In this document: positions 1-8,694 of the stretch, one piece after another
Layout: every line of letters begins with the position of its first letter
Position numbering within the stretch: the first letter of the stretch is position 1
Assembly (NCBI GenBank): GCA_964483785.1
Contig: CAZACW010000004.1
Location: forward strand, 6,794 to 70,793
Length of the DNA: 64,000 nucleotides
Source of the DNA: an uncultured Planctomycetales bacterium
GTDB taxonomy: Bacteria > Omnitrophota > Gorgyraeia > Zapsychrales > Fredricksoniimonadaceae
Reading direction: 5' to 3'
Notes under the pieces: generated by a model
The model's input: the letters and a program-made list of their open reading frames with translations, nothing else
Database searches by the model: none
Told to the model about the DNA's origin: nothing
Program-made: the position numbers and the translations under genes

Positions 1-576
1 GGCATCCAAACTTGTGATGGAAACCGTCACGCAGGCGCCTTGATACTCTGCCATGGATTTTAAAAGATCAATGTCGCGCGTGACCAGCTTATTCTTGGTG
101 ATGATGCCGACGGGGTTCCTGAAATCCAGGAGCACCGCGAGGCATTGGCGGGTGATCTGGAATTTGCGCTCAAAGGGCTGGTAGCAGTCGGTGACCCCGC
201 TCATCACGATGACCTGCGGTTTCCATTTGGGATGGGCCAGTTCTTGGCGCAAAAGCGAGGCGGCCTCGGTTTTGACAAAGATGATGGACTCAAAATCCTG
301 GCCTGAAGATAAACCGAAATACTCGTGGGTGGGCCTGGCGTAGCAATACACACAGCCGTGCTCGCAGCCGCGGTAGGGGTTGAGGCTGCATTCAAAGCCG
401 ATGTCCGGGCTGTCATTGTAGCTGATGATGGACTTTGAGCTGTCCTTGTAAAATTCCGTCTTGGGCGAAGGGTATTCCTCGTCGGGCAAATCCTCGTCCC
501 GCTCAAAGGCGATTTTCTCGAAGCGGTTGACCGGATTGCCCTGCGCGCCTCTGGCTGGAAGTTCCTTTTCAGGCAT
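1..576 (-). CDS. PA0069/SplB-family radical SAM protein (3' end outside window)
   Basis: Not in the ORF track. Manual translation from ATG at 576 gives MPEKELPARGAQGNPVNRFE...SLNPYRGCEHGCVYCYARPTHEY...SGVTDCYQP, with a CxxxCxxC motif; the frame stays open to the window edge. Confidence 0.88.
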   Translation of the reverse strand, partial: MPEKELPARGAQGNPVNRFEKIAFERDEDLPDEEYPSPKTEFYKDSSKSIISYNDSPDIGFECSLNPYRGCEHGCVYCYARPTHEYFGLSSGQDFESIIFVKTEAASLLRQELAHPKWKPQVIVMSGVTDCYQPFERKFQITRQCLAVLLDFRNPVGIITKNKLVTRDIDLLKSMAEYQGACVTVSITSLDA

Positions 577-580
577 ATTG

Positions 581-632
581 CCACAACCCCGGAGGTTGTG
601 ATGGTTGACCATCACAACCTCCGGGGTTGTGG
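581..632. repeat. REP-like nested palindrome, doublet copy (core CACAACCCCGGRGGTTGTG)
   Basis: ccacaaccccggaggttgtgatggt-tg-accatcacaacctccggggttgtgg is an inverted repeat of two hairpin units; the same core recurs at about 14364, 22549, 23452 and 29321. Confidence 0.85.
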
Positions 633-669
633 TGGTTCAATCACACATTAACTGTTCATCATTAATGAA

Positions 670-2073
670 TTACTTGCCGATGCAGAATTCTGAAAAAATA
701 CGCTCTAACAGGTCTTCATCGATATTGCGGCCGGTGATGGCATCCAGCTGATTCACCGCGGCCTTGATCTCCTCGCAGATAAATTCCAGCGAAGCCCCTT
801 CCTGCATCAGGCGCAAGGCCCCTGATAAATTTTCCCGCGCCTCTTCCAAGGCCTTGATGTGCCGGATATTACTCAGCCAAAGGCCGTCTGTTTCCAAATC
901 CTTGTCCATACGGATCATTTCAATGATCTTACCCTCCAGCTGCGCGATAGAGGCCGGATCCAGCGCCGAGACCTTGATCACCTGCTTAAAGCCAAAGATC
1001 TTTTCAGCCGCTGTCATATCCAATTTAAGGGGCAGATCCATTTTATTGACCACAGCCAAGACCTTGGAGGATTTCAGCTGTTCCATCAAGAGCGTATCCT
1101 GCGCTTCCAAGGGACGGCTGTGGTCTAAGACCAAGAGCGCCAAATCCGCACCCTTAATAAAAAGACGGCTGCGCGCGACCGCTTCCTGTTCAATCAAATC
1201 GCGCGGCTCCAATATCCCCGCGGTATCGACGAGCGCCAGGGGAATGCCGCTCAATTGCGCCTGTTCCTCAAGCACATCGCGGGTGGTGCCGGCAATGGGC
1301 GTTACAATGGCGCGCTGCTCTTTGAGCAGGGCATTCCATAAGGATGATTTGCCGACGTTGGGCTTGCCGCAGAGCACAATGCGCATGCCTTCTTTTAAAA
1401 TGCGGCCGCCGCGGGATGATTCCAAGAGTTCGGCCACAGCTTGCTGCTGAAGGCCAAGGCCCTGCCCCAGGTCCTGGCGGCCCTGGGATTCAATGCCGTC
1501 TTCCGGAAAATTGATCAAGGCCTCGGCCGCGGTATAAAGTCTCAACAGCTCTTCCCTGATGGCCTTCAATCGCAGGGACAAGGCCCCTTCTAACTGATGC
1601 TGGCTTTGGCGCAGGAATTGCCCGGTCTTGGCCTGGATGATGTCGATCACGGCCTCGGCCTGGGTCAGGTCCATGCGGCCGTTAAGATACGCCCTCTTGG
1701 TAAATTCTCCCGGCTCTGCCAGCCTGGCCCCGGCATTCAGGAGAGCCTGCAGGATGGCTGTCAAGACCGTCATGCCGCCGTGGCCGCTGATTTCAACTGT
1801 ATCTTCTGCGGTATAGCTGTTGGGCGATCGCATCACTGTGACCAACACTTCATCGACGACAGCGCCGTTTGGCGCATCCAGGACCTTGCCGTAATGCACG
1901 GTATGGGATTTGCACTCCGCCAAAGTCAAAAGACCCTTGAGACGCACAATGGCCTGCGCGATCTGGAAAGCCTGTTGTCCGCTCAAGCGCACAATGCCAA
2001 TGGCCCCCTGACCCGCGGGGGTGGCTATGGCTGCTATCGTATCTTCCAAACCTTTATATTGATACATATCCAA
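670..2073 (-). CDS. mnmE: tRNA modification GTPase MnmE
   Basis: DTIAAIATP N-terminus, GEFTKRAYLNGRMDL, GKPNVGKSS, GTTRD, DTAG and C-terminal FCIGK. Confidence 0.97.
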   Translation of the reverse strand: MDMYQYKGLEDTIAAIATPAGQGAIGIVRLSGQQAFQIAQAIVRLKGLLTLAECKSHTVHYGKVLDAPNGAVVDEVLVTVMRSPNSYTAEDTVEISGHGGMTVLTAILQALLNAGARLAEPGEFTKRAYLNGRMDLTQAEAVIDIIQAKTGQFLRQSQHQLEGALSLRLKAIREELLRLYTAAEALINFPEDGIESQGRQDLGQGLGLQQQAVAELLESSRGGRILKEGMRIVLCGKPNVGKSSLWNALLKEQRAIVTPIAGTTRDVLEEQAQLSGIPLALVDTAGILEPRDLIEQEAVARSRLFIKGADLALLVLDHSRPLEAQDTLLMEQLKSSKVLAVVNKMDLPLKLDMTAAEKIFGFKQVIKVSALDPASIAQLEGKIIEMIRMDKDLETDGLWLSNIRHIKALEEARENLSGALRLMQEGASLEFICEEIKAAVNQLDAITGRNIDEDLLERIFSEFCIGK

Positions 2074-2101
2074 TAATGCCGTGCCGCGCGCTCACCCTCG
2101 A

Positions 2102-3382
2102 TCAACGCGGGTTGCTGTGCGCGGCGCCGCATTCTTCCCTCGCTTCCGCGACGATAAACAATGAACCTGTCACCACAATAACATCTTCCGGGCCGGCCAT
2201 GCGCAAGGCCTTCTCCAAGGCCTGCGGTAAATTCCCGATGAGCTCGCATGGTTTGCCTTTGAAATATTTTTCCCCTTCGGCCTTCACGAAAGAATAGGCC
2301 CGGCTGTGGACCGCCTTGGTCAAGATGATCTCTGCGGCCACGCTGTTGAGTTGAGCGCAGATGCCCTCCACATCCTTGTCCTTGGAAACGCCCAAAATCA
2401 GGACCACCCGCCGCCCGGGATATTCTTCCTTCAAGGTCTCAACTAAGGCCGAGGCCGAGGCCTTGTTGTGCGCTCCGTCGGCAATCACATCGGGCCGGGA
2501 AGCCAATAATTCAAAACGCCCTGGCCAAAAAACTTTTTTGAGCCCTTCCGCGATGGCGGCTGCGCTGATTTCAAATCCCATGCCGCTTAAAATATTAAGC
2601 GCGGCCAGGGCCGTGGCCGCATTAAGTTTTTGGTGCCTGCCTTTTAAGCCGGTCTTTAAATTTTCATGGCCTTGCAGGCTGACTACATGCGGCTGAATGC
2701 CGAATTCCCGGCAGCGGCCCAAAAGCACATCCATGGCCTCTTTGTCCTGCGGAGCGATCACCACCTTCTGAAGGGAATTTTTGATGATGCCGGCTTTCTC
2801 CACCGCGATCTTCTCTAAAGTCGGCCCTAAAATACCCACATGGTCCAGGCTGATCGGCGTGATGACCGCGATCAAGGAAGGGGCCGCGTTGGTTGCATCC
2901 AGGCGTCCGCCCAGGCCGGTCTCCAAAATGACCATATCCACCTTTTGCCCGGCGAAAAACAACAAGGCCGCCACGGTCAGGATCTCGAAATAGGTGATGA
3001 TATGGCCTTCATTCTGGACGGCCGCGGCCAAAGGCCGCAGACGCGTCAGGACAACGGCCAATTCCTCGTCGGAGATACAGCCGTCCCCCGGCCTGTGGTC
3101 CAAAACGCGGATGCGCTCGTTGACACGGTGCAAATGCGGCGAGGTGTATAAGCCGACCTTGTAGCCCGCCTGGTGCAGAATGGAGGCCAAAAAAGCGCAG
3201 GTGGAACCCTTGCCCTTGGTGCCGGCCACATGGATGATTTTTAAATGCTTGGCCGGGTCGCCGGCCAAATCCAGCAATTCCCTGATGCGGTCGAGGTTAA
3301 AATCCACCGCATGCATTTTATCCAGCTTGGATTCAAAATTGACAAAGGAATTAAGATAGGGGCTGACTTGTGCGGGGTCCAT
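2102..3382 (-). CDS. folC: Folylpolyglutamate synthase/dihydrofolate synthase
   Basis: HVAGTKGKGST, YTSPHL, ETGLGGRLDATN, WPGRFE, DGAHN and VTGSLF motifs. Confidence 0.95.
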   Translation of the reverse strand: MDPAQVSPYLNSFVNFESKLDKMHAVDFNLDRIRELLDLAGDPAKHLKIIHVAGTKGKGSTCAFLASILHQAGYKVGLYTSPHLHRVNERIRVLDHRPGDGCISDEELAVVLTRLRPLAAAVQNEGHIITYFEILTVAALLFFAGQKVDMVILETGLGGRLDATNAAPSLIAVITPISLDHVGILGPTLEKIAVEKAGIIKNSLQKVVIAPQDKEAMDVLLGRCREFGIQPHVVSLQGHENLKTGLKGRHQKLNAATALAALNILSGMGFEISAAAIAEGLKKVFWPGRFELLASRPDVIADGAHNKASASALVETLKEEYPGRRVVLILGVSKDKDVEGICAQLNSVAAEIILTKAVHSRAYSFVKAEGEKYFKGKPCELIGNLPQALEKALRMAGPEDVIVVTGSLFIVAEAREECGAAHSNPR

Positions 3383-3424
3383 AGGAGATTCCCCACCGGG
3401 TTCCCGCGCGCGGGAAGCTTGGGA

Positions 3425-4984
3425 TCAATGTTTAAAATGCCTGATGCCCGTAAAAACCATGGCGATTTTTTTCTTGTCAGCTTCCTTGATCACGGCCTCA
3501 TCCATGATGGACCCTCCGGTCTGGATGATGGCCTTGACCCCGGCCTTGGCCGCGATGGTCACGGTATCGGGTTTAGGGAGAAAGGCGTCGGAGACCAGCA
3601 CGCTGCCGCGGGCCGATGCACCTGCCCGGCGGATGGCCTCAACCGCGGCATCCACGCGGCTGGTCTGGCCGCAGCCGATGCCGAGGGTCTGCGTGCCCTT
3701 GACCAAGACGATGGCGTTGCTTTTGACATGTTTGATCAGGGCCCAGCCGAAGCCCATGGCGTCCCGCTGGGCCTTGGTAGGCTTGACCTTGCTGACCGTC
3801 TTCATCTCTTCTGTTTTCAGCGAGCGGTTGTCTTTCTCCTGCAGCAGCAGGCCGCCGGAGACTTTTTTGAAATCATAACGCTGGGCGCGCAGGTCCTTGA
3901 CATTCAAGACGAGCAGGCGCAGGTTCTTCTTGGGCATAAACAGTTCCTGGGCCCTCTTGGAAAATCCCGGGGCAATGACGCATTCCATGAACCCGCTTTT
4001 GAGCACGGCGGCCGCGGTTTTCTCGTCGACTTCGCGGTTAAAGCCGATGATCCCGCCAAAGGCCGAGAGCGGATCGGATTGATGGGCCTTGAGATAAGCC
4101 TGCTGCAGCTGCGGGGCCGAAGCCACACCGCAAGGATTATTGTGCTTGATGATCACGGCCGCCGGCGCGTCGAATTCATGGACAATGCTGACGGCCGCAT
4201 CCAGGTCCAAAATATTGTTGAAGGAAAGCTCCTTGCCCTGCAATTGCTCGAGCCTGGCCAGGCCCTCGGGCCGGGCGCTGTCCCTGTAAAAGGCCGCGGC
4301 CTGGTGCGGGTTTTCGCCGTAGCGCAGGTCCTGCGCTTTATTGAAGGAAAAGGCAAGGTCAATGGGAAAATTGGAAAAGGAATTGTCGGCCTTGAAGCGA
4401 TTGTTCAAATACCCATAAATGGCCGCGTCATAGTGCGAGGTGCGCTCAAAGACCTCAATGGCCAGGCTGGTCAAGACCTTGTCCGAAAGAAGGCCGCCGT
4501 TGTTGTCAAGCTCCTGCAGGACCTCGGCGTAACGGTTGACATCGCAGATGACGGCCACACTCTTATAGTTCTTGGCCGCGGAGCGCAGCATGGACGGCCC
4601 GCCGATGTCGATGTTCTCAATGCATTCTTCCAGGGATATGTTTTTTTTCTGGATGGCTTTCTCGAAAGGGTAAAGATTGACCACCACCATGTCGATGGTG
4701 CCGATGCCGTGGGCCGCGATCTGCTTCATGTGCTCGGGATTGTCACGCAGGGCCAGCAGGCCCCCGTGGATCTTAGGATGCAGGGTCTTGACCCGGCCGT
4801 CGAGCATTTCCGGGAAACCCGTGTAATCACAGACCTCGCGGACCTCGATGCCGCTCGAGCGCAATAGCGCGGCTGTGCCTCCGGTGGAGAGAATTTCCAC
4901 GCCGAGTCTTGAAAGTCCCTTGGCAAATTCCACCAAACCGGTCTTGTCTGAAACGGAAATTAACGCGCGTTTGACCTTGATCAT
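3425..4984 (-). CDS. purH: Bifunctional AICAR transformylase/IMP cyclohydrolase
   Basis: RALISVSDKTG, GRVKTLHP, IDIGGP, LRYGENPHQ and terminal RHFKH; start set at MIKVKR (4984). Confidence 0.97.
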   Translation of the reverse strand: MIKVKRALISVSDKTGLVEFAKGLSRLGVEILSTGGTAALLRSSGIEVREVCDYTGFPEMLDGRVKTLHPKIHGGLLALRDNPEHMKQIAAHGIGTIDMVVVNLYPFEKAIQKKNISLEECIENIDIGGPSMLRSAAKNYKSVAVICDVNRYAEVLQELDNNGGLLSDKVLTSLAIEVFERTSHYDAAIYGYLNNRFKADNSFSNFPIDLAFSFNKAQDLRYGENPHQAAAFYRDSARPEGLARLEQLQGKELSFNNILDLDAAVSIVHEFDAPAAVIIKHNNPCGVASAPQLQQAYLKAHQSDPLSAFGGIIGFNREVDEKTAAAVLKSGFMECVIAPGFSKRAQELFMPKKNLRLLVLNVKDLRAQRYDFKKVSGGLLLQEKDNRSLKTEEMKTVSKVKPTKAQRDAMGFGWALIKHVKSNAIVLVKGTQTLGIGCGQTSRVDAAVEAIRRAGASARGSVLVSDAFLPKPDTVTIAAKAGVKAIIQTGGSIMDEAVIKEADKKKIAMVFTGIRHFKH

Positions 4985-4988
4985 GATC

Positions 4989-5033
4989 AAAAAAAAGGGG
5001 ACGTCTCCCATTTAATTAAATGGGAGACGTCCC
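4989..5033 (-). terminator. Intrinsic terminator-like hairpin downstream of rpsU
   Basis: Perfect stem gggacgtctcccattt/aaatgggagacgtccc followed on the minus strand by a T run. Confidence 0.7.
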
Positions 5034-5039
5034 TATTAT

Positions 5040-5195
5040 TTAACGTTTACCTTTTTTGCGTTTGCGTTCGGAAGGCTTGGAATAAAAGCGGCGCTCTTTG
5101 AGCTCGACAAGAAAGCCGTCTTTCTGGCATTGCTTTTTGAACAAGCGCATTGCCTTTTCAAAACTGTTCTTGTCATTGACCTTGACTTCTAACAT
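5040..5195 (-). CDS. rpsU: 30S ribosomal protein bS21
   Basis: Not in the ORF track (51 aa): MLEVKVNDKNSFEKAMRLFKKQCQKDGFLVELKERRFYSKPSERKRKKGKR, with an AAGGAG RBS upstream. Confidence 0.93.
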   Translation of the reverse strand: MLEVKVNDKNSFEKAMRLFKKQCQKDGFLVELKERRFYSKPSERKRKKGKR

Positions 5196-5242
5196 GACGT
5201 CTCGCGTCTCCTTGAGGGTTTAAATTGGTTTTTAGGGTTTGT

Positions 5243-5270
5243 ATTATAGTATATGCCGGGTGAAAGTCAA
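5243..5270 (-). promoter_or_regulatory. Putative sigma70 promoter of rpsU
   Basis: Minus strand reads TTGACT-N16-TATAAT. Confidence 0.6.
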
Positions 5271-5334
5271 CCTCAATCCGGCCCGGCCGCGGCCCGCGGG
5301 GCCCTGGGACTGACAGAGCGGCAGCGACGGTTTT

Positions 5335-6519
5335 TTAATAGGTCGGGTCAACGTAGGTGTAGAGTTCCCCCGCGAAATTACGCAAGGTGTAGCGGCCGTT
5401 TTCCTTGGACACCAGATAATCCGGGTTGACGGGGATCTTGCCGCCCCCGCCGGGCCCGTCGATCACGTAGGTCGGCACCGCGTAGCCGGTAGTGTGCCCG
5501 CGCAGGTTTTGGATGATATTGATGCCGGTCTCGACCGAAGTACGGAAATGCCTGGAGCCGACGATGGGGTCGCACTGGTAAATGTAGTAGGGCCGAACGC
5601 GGATCTTCAAGAGCTCATGGAAAAGCTTTTTCATAACCTCGGGGGAATCGTTCACCCCGCGCAAGAGCACGGTCTGGCTGCCCATGGGGATGCCGGCATC
5701 CGCAATCATGTTGCAGGCATGCTTGACGCGCGGGGTCACTTCCTTGGCGTGGTTAAAATGCACGCTCATCCACAAGGGCGTATACTTTTTGAACATCGCG
5801 ATAAGCTCCGGCGTGACCCTTTGGGGCAGGGTCACCGGAATGCGGGTGCCGATGCGGACAAATTCCACGTGCGGGATGGCCTTGACCGAGGAGATCAAAT
5901 ACTCTAGCATCCGATCCCCCAGGGTCAAAGGATCGCCGCCGGAGATCAGCACATCGCGGATTTCCTTGTGCGCGCGGATATAATTGAGCGCGGCATCATA
6001 GGTGGAGGTGTTGAGGGTATGGTTGCCGTCGCCCACCATGCGCGAGCGGGTGCAATAGCGGCAGTACATGGCGCACATCTCATTGACCAGAAAAAGCACG
6101 CGGTCCGGATAACGATGGACCAAGCCGTGCACCGCGGAGGATTTGTCTTCCCCGCAAGGGTCAAGCATTTCTTCCGGCGCGGTCTCGAATTCGTAATCCA
6201 GGGGCACGGACTGAAGGCGGATGGGACAGCCGGGGTCGTTCTCGTCGATCAAGGCGGCAAAATACGGCGGGATGGACATGGTGAGCTTGTCCCCCGCGCC
6301 TTTGACCCCGCGCTCCTCCTGCGGGGTCAAACTCATCAGCTTCGCGATCTGGTCCAGGGTGCGGATGCGGTTTCTGATCTGCCAGCGCCAATCTTCCCAG
6401 TCATTGAGCGTCGCTCCGGGAAACAGCTTGATGACGCGCTCTTCCTCAGGTGATAAGGGGATGTTGGGGCCGCCGGAGGAGGCCATTTCTTCTTTGATAA
6501 GTGCGGATGTCGGGCTCAT
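5335..6519 (-). CDS. KamA-family (lysine 2,3-aminomutase-like) radical SAM protein
   Basis: WEDWRWQ, LVHRYPDRVL, CAMYCRYCTR, SGGDPL, QTVLLRGVND and PGGGGKIP motifs. Confidence 0.92.
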   Translation of the reverse strand: MSPTSALIKEEMASSGGPNIPLSPEEERVIKLFPGATLNDWEDWRWQIRNRIRTLDQIAKLMSLTPQEERGVKGAGDKLTMSIPPYFAALIDENDPGCPIRLQSVPLDYEFETAPEEMLDPCGEDKSSAVHGLVHRYPDRVLFLVNEMCAMYCRYCTRSRMVGDGNHTLNTSTYDAALNYIRAHKEIRDVLISGGDPLTLGDRMLEYLISSVKAIPHVEFVRIGTRIPVTLPQRVTPELIAMFKKYTPLWMSVHFNHAKEVTPRVKHACNMIADAGIPMGSQTVLLRGVNDSPEVMKKLFHELLKIRVRPYYIYQCDPIVGSRHFRTSVETGINIIQNLRGHTTGYAVPTYVIDGPGGGGKIPVNPDYLVSKENGRYTLRNFAGELYTYVDPTY

Positions 6520-7532
6520 TTTTTGTATGCGGTCTCCTTTATCCCCAAACGCTTCAGGGCTTCTTCCAAGATTTGGTTGATCACTTGATTATACGACAAA
6601 CCTTTGATTTTGGCAAAAAGCATAAACACATCATCAGGACTTAGGTTTGGCAAGGGATTGATTTCCAAAACAAAGGGATGCCCCGCCTCATCCACACGAA
6701 AATCCACGCGCCCGAAATCCCGGCAATCCACGGCCTGGTAGGCCCTCTTCGCCAGCTCCTGCAGGCGGTGGGCCAATGCGGCCTCGATGGGCGCCGGGCA
6801 GATGTGTTCCACCAATTTCTCCGCCACGTGGCGGTAGGAATAAAACTCATTGCCCAGATGCGTCTTGCCGCCGATGGCGTACTGCACCACGGGCATGGCC
6901 TCAGGCGGCCGGTTGCCGATGATGCCGACGGTAAATTCCGTGCCCTTGATGAATTCCTCGACCAAGGCAGGCTGATGGTAGAGCCGGTTGATATGCGCCA
7001 CCTGGGCCTTTAACTGCTCCAAATTTTCCACGCGCGAGGCCTGGGTGATCCCCTTGGAAGTGCCCTCGTGCAGGGTCTTGACAAACAACGGATAGCCGAT
7101 GGTGTTTAAGGCCTTAAGGTCATCCTCTTCCCAGGCCTTGAAATAGCGCGCCGTCGGGATGCCTTCGGCCATGAAGCACTTTTTGGCCATCACCTTATCC
7201 AGGGTGACGCCCAAGGTCAGCGCGTCCGCGCCGACAAAAGGGATGGCGTACACATCCAAAATGGCCGGCACCTGCGATTCGCGGTTGCGGCCCTTAAAGC
7301 CTTCGGCAATGTTAAATACGATCTCAGGCCTGGCTGCGCCGCTTTCCAGATAAGCGATGAGCTTTTGGGCCCCGCCGATGGCAATGGTCCTGTGCCCGGC
7401 GGACTCCAATGCGGCCGTGAGGCAGGCGATGGTCTTGTGCCCGTCGAGCTCGGCCGCAGCGTCGATAGGATCATCCGCGGATTTCAGCCAGTCTGTCTTT
7501 AAATCAAAGGTCAAGCCTATAATTTTACCCAT
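6516..7532 (-). CDS. D-Ala-D-Ala ligase-like ATP-grasp protein
   Basis: VFNIAEG, RESQVPAILD, EGTSKGI, EEFIKGTEF, GRVDFR and LEINPLP; lacks the canonical Ddl GGxSxE N-terminus. Confidence 0.85.
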   Translation of the reverse strand: MGKIIGLTFDLKTDWLKSADDPIDAAAELDGHKTIACLTAALESAGHRTIAIGGAQKLIAYLESGAARPEIVFNIAEGFKGRNRESQVPAILDVYAIPFVGADALTLGVTLDKVMAKKCFMAEGIPTARYFKAWEEDDLKALNTIGYPLFVKTLHEGTSKGITQASRVENLEQLKAQVAHINRLYHQPALVEEFIKGTEFTVGIIGNRPPEAMPVVQYAIGGKTHLGNEFYSYRHVAEKLVEHICPAPIEAALAHRLQELAKRAYQAVDCRDFGRVDFRVDEAGHPFVLEINPLPNLSPDDVFMLFAKIKGLSYNQVINQILEEALKRLGIKETAYKK

Positions 7533-7573
7533 ATTTTCGTCCTCAATTTATCAAAAATCCACCAAAAAGCCAT

Positions 7574-7647
7574 AAAAAACTGGGACACATTGAAAAAACT
7601 GGGACACATTGACTTTTCTTAAAAAATTCAATGTGTCCCAGTTTTTT
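7574..7647. repeat. 19-bp unit: tandem direct pair plus inverted copy (hairpin, probable terminator of nth)
   Basis: aaaaaactgggacacattg at 7574 and 7593; reverse complement caatgtgtcccagtttttt at 7629-7647. Confidence 0.75.
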
Positions 7648-8319
7648 CTAACGGCTGGTGAAGACCTTCACGCGGCGGCAGATTTTTTGGACGGGGCAGG
7701 CGGTGCACAGCGGCGAGATGGGCTTGCAGACATTCTGGCCCCAGGTCACCAGCATGGCATTGTAATCGATCCAGAATTTGGGCGGCAGTTTTTTTCTGAG
7801 GGCGAATTCGGTTTGTTCCGGGGTCTTGGTTTGGACATAGCCCAGGCGGTTGGAAATACGGTGCACATGGGTATCCACACAGATGCCCGGCTTGCCGAAG
7901 CCTTCGGTCAAGACCAAATTGGCTGTTTTGCGTCCCACGCCTTTTAAGGTCAAAAGCTCATCAATGGTCTCCGGCACCCGGCCGTGGAAGCGATGGATGA
8001 GGTCCCTGCAAATTTCGTGGATGCGCAGCGCCTTGGTCTTATAAAAGCCCACGGGATAAATCAATTTTTGGATTTCAGCGACGGGAATTTCAAGCATGCC
8101 TGACATGGTGGCGGCGCGGCCAAAAAGGCGCTCAGAGGCCGGCAGGGTCGTTTCATCGCGGGTACGCAGGCTCAAGAGGCAGGAGATCAGGACCAAGAAC
8201 GGGCTCTTGAATTTTTTGCCGACCAGCGTGACCGAGGGGTCCGGCAGATCACGCATGGCCTTCTGCAGGCGCTTGATCACTTCAGCGATCTGTTTATTGT
8301 CCAAAAGTTTGTTAGTCAT
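7648..8319 (-). CDS. nth: Endonuclease III
   Basis: HhH motif LKGVGRKTAN, VDTHVHRI and Fe-S motif CKPISPLCTACPVQKIC. Confidence 0.95.
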   Translation of the reverse strand: MTNKLLDNKQIAEVIKRLQKAMRDLPDPSVTLVGKKFKSPFLVLISCLLSLRTRDETTLPASERLFGRAATMSGMLEIPVAEIQKLIYPVGFYKTKALRIHEICRDLIHRFHGRVPETIDELLTLKGVGRKTANLVLTEGFGKPGICVDTHVHRISNRLGYVQTKTPEQTEFALRKKLPPKFWIDYNAMLVTWGQNVCKPISPLCTACPVQKICRRVKVFTSR

Positions 8320-8327
8320 GATCGATT

Positions 8328-8680
8328 AAGATAAAGTATATGTTCTTTTGACGACTGTAAAATTTTTAGGCAACGCAAAGGATGAAGGGCATGCTTTTTT
8401 GACGACTGTAAAGTTTTTAGCCAACGTAAAGGATAAAGGATATGTTTTTTGACGACTGTCATCGTTTTTGCTGCCTTTCTAGAAAATTTTTGTGGAAGGC
8501 AGCGACGCCAACGGTCTCATGATGCTTCGGCGGCTGAAAAACTCGTCCCGAAGTTCTCTGGAACTTCGGGACTCGAACATTTCAGCCGCCCCTCGGCCTT
8601 CGCCTCGGGGTTCCCTCGCATCATGAGCTGCGTTGGCTAAAAACTTTACAGTCGTCAAAAAACATATCCTTTATCCTAAA
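8328..8680. repeat. MITE-like structured intergenic element (50-bp units in tandem and inverted, internal long hairpin)
   Basis: Unit AGGATAAAGGATATGTTTTTTGACGACTGTAAAGTTTTTAGCCAACG occurs about 2.6 times (GACGACTGT at 8350, 8401, 8451) and inverted at 8631-8677; internal nested stems span 8507-8637. Confidence 0.72.
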
Positions 8681-8694
8681 GATTTCAAATATAT

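Noticed and set aside
204-584. 126-aa minus-strand ORF in the track
   Set aside because: It is out of frame with the real radical SAM gene (576 to the window edge) on the same strand.
3245-4867. 540-aa plus-strand ORF
   Set aside because: Antisense shadow of purH; no motifs; typical of GC-rich codon bias.
4985-5039. ZTP (pfl) riboswitch upstream of purH
   Set aside because: The gap is about 55 nt and is filled by a single perfect hairpin; there is no room for the aptamer.
8328-8460. Possible mini CRISPR array
   Set aside because: Units are contiguous with near-identical intervening sequence (no unique spacers), an inverted copy is present, and no cas genes are in the window.
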